DNA of 36,445 bases, the filler included, from an uncultured virus (IMG/VR IMGVR_UViG_2049941000_000903) (Duplodnaviria; Heunggongvirae; Uroviricota; Caudoviricetes). It is 2 parts of one record of this genome, joined end to end, with 100 filler letters (N's around TTAATTAATTAA, not from the genome) between each part and the next. Parts side by side here need not be neighbours in the genome. Positions count along the whole stretch, not along the records: positions 20,307 to 36,445 come from IMGVR_UViG_2049941000_000903; 1 more part is not named here. One strand, 5' to 3'. The notes beneath the pieces are model-generated. The model had not been told where the DNA came from. It made no database searches and saw nothing but the letters and a program-made list of their open reading frames with translations. The position numbers and the translations under genes were made by a program. Positions 20,901 through 31,162 of the stretch are shown here, one piece after another (within the stretch, counting starts at the first letter, position 1; each line of letters begins with the position of its first letter).

Positions 20901-20994
20901 AAATAACAAATCTTCTTTGGGGCCAAGCAAATGCCTTGTAATCGGGTTTTCGCTTGGTTCCTTTTTTACTTTTGTGCAAAACCATAAAGGAGAA
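20901..20994 (+). promoter_or_regulatory. Candidate promoter/leader of the capsid operon
   Basis: TACTTTTG at 20967..20974 (Bacteroidota -7 consensus), then ATAAAGGAGAA before the gap. The scaffold start AAACATGG follows at 21110. Confidence 0.55.
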
Positions 20995-21113
20995 NNNNNN
21001 NNNNTTAATCTTCAACGACCTTATCAACAGGGGATACTCTCAGGACAAGGCGGCACGCGAGGTAGAGAAATCATTTAAGTCTGCAACGGACATTGATGAN
21101 NNNNNNNNNAAAC

Positions 21114-22417
21114 ATGGAAGATTTTAGTTTGGACATCAATGCTATCCTCTCACCGGAGGAAGCAGAGGCTTTCCTGAATGATTCTGTTCAGGAGGAGCAG
21201 GAGCAGGTCGAGGAACCTGCAGAAGAAGAAAAGAAAGTTACCCGGACCGAGGAGGAGGAAAAGCCTTCGGAGGAAGTAGGTCAGGAAGATGAAATAGATG
21301 AAACGGTGGATGATGCCGTCGCACAGAAGGGTGGCGGTTCTTCTCCTAGCAAGTTTTATTCTTCCATAGCCAGAGCTCTGAAGGATGACGGCATCTTTCC
21401 CGATTTCACAGATGAAGAACTTGATGCGGTGAATTCCCCCGAAGAATTCGGCGAACTGTTCGAGAAAGCAGTGAACGCCAAGTTCGACGAGAGGATGAAA
21501 CGCATTGACACGGCTCTTGGAAACGGTGCGAATCCGGACCAGGTAAAGATGTATGAGCATACGCTTTCGTATCTATCCTCCATTACGGATGAGGCGTTAA
21601 CTGACGAAAGCGACGAGGGAGAAAACCTCCGCAAGCAGNNNNNNNNNNGAAGGCGCTTGTCAAGGCTGTCCCTAAGTTCGCTGGTGAGAAGCCCTTTAAG
21701 GTATTCATCGGTGCCACCGAGATTACCAAGGACCTCGCTGACGGTTCCTATCCCGGCTCCGGTGCCCTCATCATAGTCGAGGCTATNNNNNNNNNNCTTA
21801 TTTTCAATGACCTCATCAATAGGGGGTACTCACAGGACAAAGCGGCACGCGAGGTAGAGAAATCATTTAAGTCTGCAACGGACATTGATGATGCAAAAGA
21901 TGCTCTCGAAGCACTCAACAACTTTTACAAGAACGGATACACCAAACTCCAGAACGATGCAAAGGCCAAGGCTGATGCGGAGCGGGAAGCCCAGAAGCAG
22001 AACGCAGAGAAATTCCGCAAGATGGTACTTGAAGATGAAGTGTCGATTGGCGAGACAAAGCTTGACAAGAAAACGCGCCAGCGTGTGTTTGATGCAGTGT
22101 CGAAGCCTGTTTACAAAGATCCGGAGACGGGTCAGCTTCTGACTCAGGTGCAGAAATTCCAGAAGGAGAATCCGCTGGAGTTCCTTAAGCAGCTTGGAAT
22201 GTGGTTCGTGCTTACCGACGGTGGCAAGAATGCAACTGGTCTAGTGAAGGAGCAACTAAGAGCCGAGAAGAATAAAGGAATACGTGATTTGGAGAGGAAG
22301 ATAAATTCCTCCTCGATAAATTCCGACGGCTCTCTTCGGTATATGTCCGGGACGCAGAACGGTGATGACACGTTGCTATCTGACGACTGGCGTATAGACA
22401 TGGGGAAGCCTGAATAG
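21114..22417 (+). CDS. Putative capsid scaffolding protein, about 380 aa reassembled
   Basis: 21114..21638 (very acidic, ends ENLRKQ) joins 21797..22417 (LIFNDLINRGYSQDKA...). 21649..21786 is a misplaced auxiliary-capsid fragment. Immediately upstream of the MCP. Confidence 0.75.
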
Positions 22418-22451
22418 ACAACCTTTTGTTTAACTAAAATTTAATAGCATT

Positions 22452-23984
22452 ATGCCAGGACGTATTGCAAACACTCAGTTCACTGGTGTTACCGCTTGGC
22501 GTGGAACTGTTACCAAGGACAATCACCTTTATAACATCTTCCGTGCAAAGCCCCAGATGGCCAGTGACATCATGACTGTCCTCATGAGCTCGATGTATCT
22601 TCCCACGATGGATACGTACCTCTCCCGCGAGGTTCCTACCCGTTCCTATGAAGATGATTCCGAACTGCATTGGGACATCGTTGCGTCTTCCCGTCGCAAC
22701 ATTCCTCTTATTCAGGCTCGTCGCTGTGACGGTACGCCTGTAGGTGCCGATGACGAAACCAATGTCGGCGTTGGCTTTGAGCCGTTCTTCCTCGTTACCA
22801 ATGTAGACTGGTTCGCACTTGGTGAGATTATCTGGGGTAACCTCAACGAAGCTTATCCTATGATTGTCATGGAGCCTGGTCGCGCAGAGGGGACCAACAC
22901 CGTGTATCAGGTCCAGCTTTTTGGTGCTGATGCCGCCGACGGTATTCCTCCTACCAGACTGCAGCCCGGTGAGCGTCTGAGCTACGGTTATGCTCCTATC
23001 GAGCGTGACTTCTCGCGTAAGGTTGGCGACGTGCGGTTCTCCAGCCCTGTCTCCATGAGCCAGGATTGGTCGCGTATTCGTCTCCAGCACAAGATTGCCG
23101 GTAACGAGCTCGGTAAGCGCCTTGCCTGCCACATCCCTATCACCAAGGAGGTGAACGGCAAACTGCAGCACACCACTGTTGACCGCTGGATTTACAATGT
23201 GACTTGGGAGATTGAGAAGACCTGGTCCGAGTACAAGAACAACGCTCTCGAGCGCGGTGTTTCCACCAAGATGGAGAACGGTGAGGTTTCGAACTTTGGT
23301 CTTTCCGGTCTTGCTAACCGTCAGGGTGCAGGCCTGCGCAAGCTCCTTGCCCTCGGCAACCAGCAGTACTACACCAAGTTCACCATGCCTCTGCTTGACA
23401 ATATCCTTATGGGCCTCTGCGCCGGTAAGCTCGATTTCAAGCAGCGCAAGTTCGTCATCCGTACCGGTGAGCGTGGAGCAGTTCTCTTCAGCCGTGAAGC
23501 CAAGAAGGAGATGTCCGGATGGATGCCTCTGTACAGCGTGCAGAATCCTTCCTATCTCTCTAAGGGTCCCGAGACCAACTTCACCAACGGAAACGCCGTC
23601 ACTGTCTCCGACATTCAGGTTACCCGCTGGCTCTCTGCCAATGGCCTTGAGGTTCAGCTTCTCGTTGACTCCTCCAAGGACGATGCTGTCACCAACAAGA
23701 TTATGCATCCCAACGGAGGTCCTGCTGAGTCCTATCGTTTCGACATCTTCTATGCCGGTAACGAGGAGCAGCCCAACATCCAGAAGTGTACCCTTTCCAG
23801 CGAGCCCGAACTTCGTGGTTACCAGTGGGGTCCGTTCTCGAATCCTTTCACTGGCGAGTTCAACAACAGCTATGCTTCGTATGACGAGGATTCCGCAGTT
23901 GTCCATTACAAGACCACTCTCGGTATCATCATGTACGATCCTACCCGCTGCGTCTCCCTCATCCCCGCATTGCTGCAGGAGTAA
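22452..23984 (+). CDS. Major capsid protein, crAss-like (phiCrAss001 gp32 type), 510 aa
   Basis: Motifs SSRRNIPL, RKVGDVRFSSPVSM, EYKNNA, TGERGA, RGYQWG, DEDSAV and DPTR..SLIPA match recalled gp32. Extreme codon bias and expected gene context. Confidence 0.93.
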   Translation: MPGRIANTQFTGVTAWRGTVTKDNHLYNIFRAKPQMASDIMTVLMSSMYLPTMDTYLSREVPTRSYEDDSELHWDIVASSRRNIPLIQARRCDGTPVGADDETNVGVGFEPFFLVTNVDWFALGEIIWGNLNEAYPMIVMEPGRAEGTNTVYQVQLFGADAADGIPPTRLQPGERLSYGYAPIERDFSRKVGDVRFSSPVSMSQDWSRIRLQHKIAGNELGKRLACHIPITKEVNGKLQHTTVDRWIYNVTWEIEKTWSEYKNNALERGVSTKMENGEVSNFGLSGLANRQGAGLRKLLALGNQQYYTKFTMPLLDNILMGLCAGKLDFKQRKFVIRTGERGAVLFSREAKKEMSGWMPLYSVQNPSYLSKGPETNFTNGNAVTVSDIQVTRWLSANGLEVQLLVDSSKDDAVTNKIMHPNGGPAESYRFDIFYAGNEEQPNIQKCTLSSEPELRGYQWGPFSNPFTGEFNNSYASYDEDSAVVHYKTTLGIIMYDPTRCVSLIPALLQE

Positions 23985-24019
23985 TTAGATTAACATAAAC
24001 TATAGGAGAAGAAACAATT

Positions 24020-25574
24020 ATGGAAGAACAGACTGCTAAAACAAGAAAGAAAGTCAAGGAAGAAATGGCTGATGTCAGGACCAATCCGTTACGCAAGGAG
24101 CGAATCTATGTAAGGTTCGTCCCCCAGGTGAGTCCTTTCGCCGGGAACAATCCTCATCATCTGGCAGCAGGTGGACTGATGGACGGCAGCAAGATTACGC
24201 TCTGTGTACCTATGCTCCGTTCCGGTCAGTACAAGAACGTGCTTACAGATAACGAGAAGGATTTCCTGGAGGAAGCGCTTGGTCTTGACAGCAATGCACT
24301 CTCGGTATATAAGAGGGAGAATAACTTCTGGGACGACTACACTGTCACGCTTGACGGCAAGGAAGGGCTTCATCTTGATCTTTCCAATCCTGAGGACTAT
24401 ATCAGGTACAAGGTACTTCTGGCGAACTCTGATGTTGTTGCGCCAAGTGTTCAGGAAAGGATGGACAGACCGAAGAACACCTACCGCTACGAGATAGTTA
24501 GGGAAACAGAAGAGACGGACATTGCGAATGCAAAACTTGATGCTACCGAGCAGGGCTTCATGGAACTTGGACGTATCAAGGATGATATTGATACCCTTCG
24601 CGTTGTCGCGGAGCTTCTTGACAATCATCCGTATGCTGCCAATACTGGACAGGCGTTCCTTCGCGCANNNNNNNNNNCAAGGCGGCTAAATACCGAGGCG
24701 ACAGGGTAAGATTCAGCAAGGCGTTCAGGAGAACTTTCGGCAAGGCCGTGGAATACGTAGCATGGATTTGCTTCGCCGCCACAGCCACGCTGGCATTCGG
24801 GTACAAGTGGATAGAGGCTGTGGTTCTCGGTGCAGTCGTAATAAACGAGGTTGCAAGCATTATCGGTAATTACTTTGAGTCAAAGGGCGTCAAACTCCGC
24901 TGGGGGAATATCCTCAATTCCATCATACACGCTTTCGGAAAGAAGCACGATCTGGACGTCGAGGGAGTAGATGCCAACGAGTTCACAGAGCCTATCCCTC
25001 GTCCCCGTGATGCCAAAGGTCGTTTCGTAAAGAAATCATGACACCTGAAAAGGACGCAATAATCAAGTCTCTGAAGAAGTACTTCCAGATAACTGAACTT
25101 GTATGCCCCGATGTGTACAAGAGGTTCAATGAGCGTGCCTGGCAGTTCTGTAAATAGCGGAACGAATGCATNNNNNNNNNNAGAGTTGGAAGCAACATAC
25201 AGTCCAATCCCAAGAATGCCCTCAAGGTGCTGACGGATCCGCTCCTTCATACCAAGATGCTTATCCGTCGTGGAACCGAACTTGGCGTNNNNNNNNNNCG
25301 TGTTGGAAGCAACATACAGTCCAATCCAAAGAATGCTCTCAAGGTGCTGACGGACCCGCTCCTTCATACCAAGATGCTTATCCGTCGTGGAACCGAACTT
25401 GGCGTATTCACCAAGCGTGGTGATTACTACTATCTCAAGTCAGACAATTCGCCTCTCTGCAATGGCGGTGAGGACCCCACACTTTCTGTCGCGGCAAAAT
25501 ATCTCAACCAGCCTTCGCACCAGGATGTCAAGTTCTTGGCTGAAAGTGCGATTGGCAGCAACAAGGGCAAGTAA
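24020..25574 (+). CDS. Conserved crAss virion-associated protein downstream of MCP (gp33 position), about 308 aa reassembled
   Basis: 24020..24667 plus 25299..25574 (duplicate piece at 25182..25288). LDLSNPEDYIRYKVLLAN motif. 24678..25171 is misplaced lysis DNA. Confidence 0.75.
24678..25171 (+). CDS. Second haplotype: holin 3' part (to 25041) and endolysin 5' part (from 25038), interrupted after 25149
   Basis: Matches about 14999..15466 on the other strand, then diverges abruptly. Confidence 0.8.
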
Positions 25575-26269
25575 TGAAGAATGTAGCTGAATGGTCCACT
25601 GAGTTTGACCTTTACTATCAGAATATAACCAGCAATCAGGCTCCTGGTCTTACGGAATACGAGAAGAGTGTCTATCTCACCCGTGAGGCGGAGGCTGTGC
25701 AGATTAATCTGTATAAAGGCAATCTCGGAGACGCTTTCGAGGAAACGGAAGAGTTGGCGCATTATCTGTCGGCGTCAACTGGTCAAGCAGAGTTATCCGA
25801 GTCCCAGTGTTCCGGTCAGCATCTTCTTTACGGTTCCGTGATGTTCGAGTTGCCTGAGGACTTGCTTTTTAGGACGCTTGAGCTTTGCAGGATTGAGATT
25901 CCCGGCTGCGGTGAGCAGGAAGTGATAGTAGTACCAGTCACGCAGGATGAGTTCTGGAGAACCAACCGTAATCCCTTCAAGGGACCAAACGAGAGCAAGG
26001 TTCTCAGGCTTTCTTTCGGAGAGTCAGATGCATTCGGCGGTAAGGCATATACCCAGCAGTACTCAGAAATCATCAGCAAGTATCCGGTGAAGTCCTATAT
26101 CGTAAGATACATAAAGAGACCAGACCCGATTATCCTTGTTGACCTTTCGGCGGAAGGCAAGTCCATTAATGGACAGACAGCGGTATCTACCTGTACCATG
26201 CCAGAAGCATTGCATCAGGCAATCCTCATGGGTGCTGTACGTGCAGCAAAAGCAGCCTGGACGCTATAG
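25574..26269 (+). CDS. Tail ring protein (gp34/gp35 type), 231 aa
   Basis: EFDLYYQNITSNQAPGLTEYEKSVYLT and RYIKRPDPIIL...LHQAIL motifs. TAATG coupling with the upstream gene. Duplicate 3' part at 36134..36445 (-). Confidence 0.85.
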   Translation: MKNVAEWSTEFDLYYQNITSNQAPGLTEYEKSVYLTREAEAVQINLYKGNLGDAFEETEELAHYLSASTGQAELSESQCSGQHLLYGSVMFELPEDLLFRTLELCRIEIPGCGEQEVIVVPVTQDEFWRTNRNPFKGPNESKVLRLSFGESDAFGGKAYTQQYSEIISKYPVKSYIVRYIKRPDPIILVDLSAEGKSINGQTAVSTCTMPEALHQAILMGAVRAAKAAWTL

Positions 26270-26305
26270 TTTAATCAAACAATAAAACATATAAANNNNN
26301 NNNNN

Positions 26306-26545
26306 AACAGCAGCAGCTTCCCCTTCAAGTCCAGGCTGTTCCTGCGCTGCAAGCATCTCTTCAAGAGCAGCAAGTTCATCAGGAGAGAGGTTCTTCAGTT
26401 CCCTCTCCAGTTGCCTCTGTTCGTTGTATGCCTTCTGTCCTTCCTGCGCATCAGCAAGACGACCAAGCATAGCCTCAAGACCATTACGCGATATGGGGTC
26501 ATACGGTCTGTTCTCTGCCTCCGTAAAGAAAGAATCCGCTATCTT
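26306..26545 (-). repeat. Second-haplotype fragment of C1b
   Basis: Near-identical to about 9239..9477. Confidence 0.85.
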
Positions 26546-26556
26546 NNNNNNNNNNA

Positions 26557-27132
26557 AAGGCGCTTGTCAAGGCTGTCCCCAAGTTCGCTGGTGAGAAGCC
26601 CTTCAAGGTGTTCATTGGTGCTACCGAGATCACCAAGGACCTTGCTGACGGTTCCTATCCCGGCTCCGGTGCCCTCATCATAGTCGAGGCTATGCAGAAG
26701 TGGTATCGTAACAAGATGGAGGCGGGTGTGCTTCCTCTGGTTATCAGCTCCAATGTTGATGGTGAGGCGTGGGCCGTTGACACTCCTGCTAAGAGCACCA
26801 TTACCAACAACTCCGTCATCCCTTCCGTTTATTTCCTCGCAGACCTTGAGGCTTTCGCTCTCGGTGAGCGTGCCGACTACATCCGCTATGGAAATGAGCC
26901 GGACTATGAGCCCCCGACCTACATGATTGATGTAGCCAAGTCCTATGACGTGGTTTCCATCGAGTACTACTGGCAGGGCGGTGCTGAGAATGTCCAGAAG
27001 TCTCCTCGCATGATCCAGATTGCCTGTGAGGTTTCCGGTTCTGGTTCCCAGGCTACTAGCGCCGCTGGCAGCATCTACGATGCAGTGCTTGCACTTACCG
27101 GCGAATCCGCCGCCTCCGGTTCCGGAGCATAG
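26557..27132 (+). CDS. Auxiliary capsid protein (gp36 type), C-terminal part
   Basis: LADLEAFALGERADYIR and ENVQKSP motifs. MCP-like codon bias. N-terminus is at 35742..36104. Confidence 0.85.
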   Translation, partial: KALVKAVPKFAGEKPFKVFIGATEITKDLADGSYPGSGALIIVEAMQKWYRNKMEAGVLPLVISSNVDGEAWAVDTPAKSTITNNSVIPSVYFLADLEAFALGERADYIRYGNEPDYEPPTYMIDVAKSYDVVSIEYYWQGGAENVQKSPRMIQIACEVSGSGSQATSAAGSIYDAVLALTGESAASGSGA

Positions 27133-27156
27133 TGTTCAGCATATAAATTCTTCAGG

Positions 27157-27194
27157 ATGGAGGTAGGCGTGTAAACCTGCCTCCATTTTGTTTT
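27157..27194 (+). terminator. Rho-independent terminator
   Basis: ATGGAGGTAGG-cgtgtaaa-CCTGCCTCCAT followed by TTTGTTTT. Confidence 0.85.
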
Positions 27195-27207
27195 ATTCTT
27201 GTTTGTT

Positions 27208-27680
27208 ATGAAAGTTTATATAATGATTCCATTCTTTGCCTGTGGAGCACAGGGCAGAGAAATAGAATATTGTGTAGCTGGCTGGAGGAAACACTTTAAG
27301 GAGAATTACCAGATTGTGCTTGTCGGTGATTACCACAAAGTAGTAGATACAGGAGAAGACATAACATTTGTAGAGTGTCCGAGGGTTGATGACATTCACG
27401 GGCAGTACAGACCGCACATAGATTTCGCAAGTAAGTTCAGGGCGTTCCATAAGGCTTTCCCGAAAGTAAAGGAATTCGTGTTCTGTGCAGACGACGTATA
27501 CGCGGTCAATGACTTCGACCTGTACGACATTGCTTTCCTTAAGTACAGGTCAGCGTCTACCAAAGCAAGTCCAGTAAGCCCCAACGGGTTCCATAGGGAC
27601 AAGTTCAAGACGGTGGAGTTGCTTAAGAAGGAGAAGCTTCCGCAGAGGAACTATACGACGCATCTTCCGCAGTTGATAGA
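27208..27680 (+). CDS. Stealth-like/GT-A nucleotide-sugar transferase, N-terminal part
   Basis: EIEY..AGW, IVLVGD, FVFCADD and YTTHLP motifs. Overlaps the C-terminal fragment 33550..33870. Confidence 0.6.
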
Positions 27681-27690
27681 NNNNNNNNNN

Positions 27691-30426
27691 AACGTATTGG
27701 CTTGACGTGTAGTTGTAACACCTTAATGAGCCTGTTGGGATATCGTAAACCAGGTCTTCGCCCATATCGTAATTATATACCGTACAATACGAATACCTGA
27801 GGTTTGCAAATATCTTTGAGTTCAATCTGGAGTAGTCAGAATTATTCTCGCCCGTGTAACCGTTTATCTTACCGGAGTGATTCCACATGTGCAGCCAATA
27901 CAGCACCGGTTCTTCAAGCCACTCGTAATGCTCCGACGTGCGTTTCTTGTAATTGTCAGGCACATCCTCATCATCTTCGGACTCCTTTTTCTTTATCTTA
28001 AGCCCATACTCTTTCCAGATTGGCCAAGATATAATTCCGTCTGTGTTTCCAGAGAACTTTTCGTAAACAAGATTTTCCCCCGGAAGTTTACCTGGAGTAG
28101 CATCAACCGTATAATCACCAGCCGTATATGTTATCTTTGCTGCACCTACAATCCTGAGCTTGTATCCTTCAGAATTATCAAATGTCACAGCCTCATACTG
28201 CAGTTCTGGAGAGTTAAGAGTAACAAGGTTCTCATCAACGAACATCAGGTGCTTTCTGTAGTAAGACGGCACGTAGTTCATATCAGAGCGCGGTGTAATT
28301 TCCGATGCGCTTTCCCAAGCGTACACCAGATTCATATACGTAAGTACATCCTGCATAATAGAAGCAGGTGTGCGCCTATCATATACCCAGGTCTCGCCTT
28401 TAGGGACACTGTGGCAAGTGCTCACAAATTCCTGTTCTCCTATTACATCCGCAGCTATATCAAGCCCAAGCTCATCTACGCACGCCGCTTGCATTATAGG
28501 ATACAGCGACTCTGCGCTGTTCTTCTTTGTCGGGCTCTTGTGCAATTGCGTCATCTCCAAAGTGACAGTATAGTCCTCCTTCTCAATCTTCCCTTCATTA
28601 AGGAGAGTGAAAAGGTCGTCATTGTCAAACGATGGAGTAAACGAGCTAACATTAAGTACTGCGTTTATATTGAAAACACGAACATAATAATATGAGCCTT
28701 TGTTTGTTATCTCATACAGGACCATCCTGTAGTCACCAAACGTAATCCCGTCAAAGGTATCGTCGTAAGTGTCTCCGCTTCTGGTATAATATGGCGTGGG
28801 ATTTACATCTTCCTCCCAGTAGTTGCAATCAATCTCACCAGTCGAACTGATAGAGTTATGTACCGGCTCAAAGTGTCTGTTGGCAAACCCTGAATTTCTC
28901 GGACGGGATATCCAAGAAGCCTCTCCATACAGCCTGTCGTTATACCTATCCCAGACATTGAACATCGTAGGATTGAGAATACCCTGAGCCTTTACGGACC
29001 TGTCTGCGTACGTGGCCTCTGCAATCATCAACTGCGCTGCTTCGAAGCCGCATTTACCCATCGCAGTAATGACCGCTTCCGGAAGCGTACACTTAGCAAC
29101 AACCCTTTTTATCGTTCCGGCAGAAGAATCTATGATAGGATAATGTGTGTTTTCCGCATCACCAATCCAGAAGGCCTCTGTCATTGTTCCGTCCTTACGC
29201 CTGAAGGAAAGAGCAAAACGATATTTCTCTCCGCCTTTGAAAGACAATATCTGCGAGGAAGTATATTTAAGTTGACTGTCGTACTCGTATGTGCCGGTGT
29301 CCTTATGATATGGGATATCTCCTATCTCTCCGGACTCGTATGAGTGCATGAACTTTATAACACCGTCATTACAGATACCATCCTCGTCATACATTGTCTT
29401 CACAGCATCTTCCATATCTTTATAGGATTTTTTCCCTATAGACTGGAAATCACCGAGGAACAGAGTCTGGTCCTTATGCGTGAGAGTTCCTGCTATTACT
29501 TCCTGGCTACCGAGGTAAAGAAGCTTCGACACATCTTCTGCAATGAGATGCGAACCGTCATCAATAACAATGGCTGTTTCACTTATTTTTCCCTCATCAA
29601 CGATATATGCAACCGGAGTCCCGTCAAGTGAACTTCTAAAGATTGAGTATACCCTATAGTTTGAAAACGACGAATCAAGGTTAGACAATTCTATCGTAAC
29701 CTTGTTACTGTTGGTTCCATCCGCTGCGCCGCCTCTGTCTGTCGGAGAAAGGTATATAAGGTCGGATATCCACACTATACCACTTTCCTGACCATGCTTG
29801 TTATAGTACGTAAGCAAATACTGGACTACACCATTTGCCCTTGTGTTGCCGGAGTTATCCTTTGTTATGTCTGCTTTAACTCCAAAGCTGACAGCCCTGT
29901 TGGAATCAAAGTATGTATTATCCCAGTTAGCACGCTCTTCTTCATCAGCCATGAAGTTCATGAAGCGAAGGACGTGCTTGCCGTCAACCCAGTATATCTT
30001 CTGTATATCTTCAGTTTCGTAGTATACAACAGACTCGATAGGATTCTCTACGCTGAAACCAAGGTCGCCGTTGAAGATCCATCCGCCAACCTTGTTCCCC
30101 TTAAGGCTGAAGTTTCCAATTTCCTTGTCGTACTCTACCAGATACACATAGTCCTTTTGTGTCTCAGCGCTGAACTCGTCGTGAGTAAAGAGTATGATAT
30201 GGTTGTTGAGGACATTCCAGCCTATGAGGTCTCCGAAGATATTCATGTCCTTTCCGAGCGCTATCTTTTTGTTTCCACGCTCGTTGGTAACGGAAAGGAG
30301 TGTGTCGTTATCCCTCGCCTCTATCCTGATGTTGTGGTTCTCATACGCAGAAGACTCGCCTGCCTTGGAAATAGACAGGTCGCGGTTCATGCCCTTGTTG
30401 AGTAATGTAAATGCCTTCTGCTGCAT
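27691..30426 (-). CDS. Muzzle (tail stabilization) protein, N-terminal ~912 aa
   Basis: KGMNRDLSISK..NIRI...LLSVTNERGN, YETEDIQKIYWVDG and FKGGEKYRF motifs. A duplicate allele piece is at 31479..31920. Confidence 0.9.
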
Positions 30427-30429
30427 ATC

Positions 30430-31161
30430 CTAATGTTTCCAGATTTCCTTTGCCCCGTTGGTGAAGAACGCCTGCCAGTGCTGGTTGTTCCTCGGAAGCA
30501 ACGTCTTGAACGAATTAAACAGTGTCTCGGCTCCGTCAAGGGAAAGCCTTGAGAATTCACTCTGCGCGTCACCCGCAGCCCAAGCGTACTCCTGCTGTGT
30601 GTTGAGGAGAACCTGATGCGATATCTTTCCCATGTCGAACAATACGGTGAACCACTGGAGTTTAATGTAGTTCTCCAGACCACGCAGGAAACTCGTATTG
30701 TCAGGAAGGAGAGGATAGCCCTCATCGTCTACCATAAAGGCACGGTACGCTATCTCTACGTCCACGTCCTTCGTCGAGGTGAAGATGACCATACCCTGTA
30801 ACTTGTAAGTGAGTTCTCCGGTCCACGACTCACTGGGGTGCTTCTTCGACATGTGGAATGAGTGACCAGACTCCCTGTATACCGGGCTTGTCCAGATGTT
30901 GCAGCAGTTGAGCCACTTCCTGTTATGCTGGCAACCAAGAGCAGCACGCACCTGTATCATCTTCTCGAAGTCACAAGGAAGCGGGCCACGCCAATCCTCA
31001 ACGTGTACCACGGCGGTTTTCTCCTCGTAGATTGCCGGAGTACCCATCAGGGAAATGAAATCAACGGCATACTCCACAGCCGTCTCAAACGGAATGTCAC
31101 GAAGCATAGGATGCCTCATAACCCTATCCAGTATGCGTCTTATGTTAGTAGTCTGTGTCAT
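30430..31161 (-). CDS. Tail ring protein R1 / tail tubular protein (gp43 type)
   Basis: ILDRVMRHP, LPCD, DDEGYPLLPDN and LFDMGKIS..VL.NTQQEYA motifs. Directly upstream of the muzzle. Confidence 0.88.
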   Translation of the reverse strand: MTQTTNIRRILDRVMRHPMLRDIPFETAVEYAVDFISLMGTPAIYEEKTAVVHVEDWRGPLPCDFEKMIQVRAALGCQHNRKWLNCCNIWTSPVYRESGHSFHMSKKHPSESWTGELTYKLQGMVIFTSTKDVDVEIAYRAFMVDDEGYPLLPDNTSFLRGLENYIKLQWFTVLFDMGKISHQVLLNTQQEYAWAAGDAQSEFSRLSLDGAETLFNSFKTLLPRNNQHWQAFFTNGAKEIWKH

Positions 31162-31162
31162 A

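Noticed and set aside
22434..23906. 490-aa antisense ORF, and other long shadow ORFs such as 8726..9484, 23212..23988 and 27877..28695
   Set aside because: These overlap genes with strong codon bias and have no motifs of their own.
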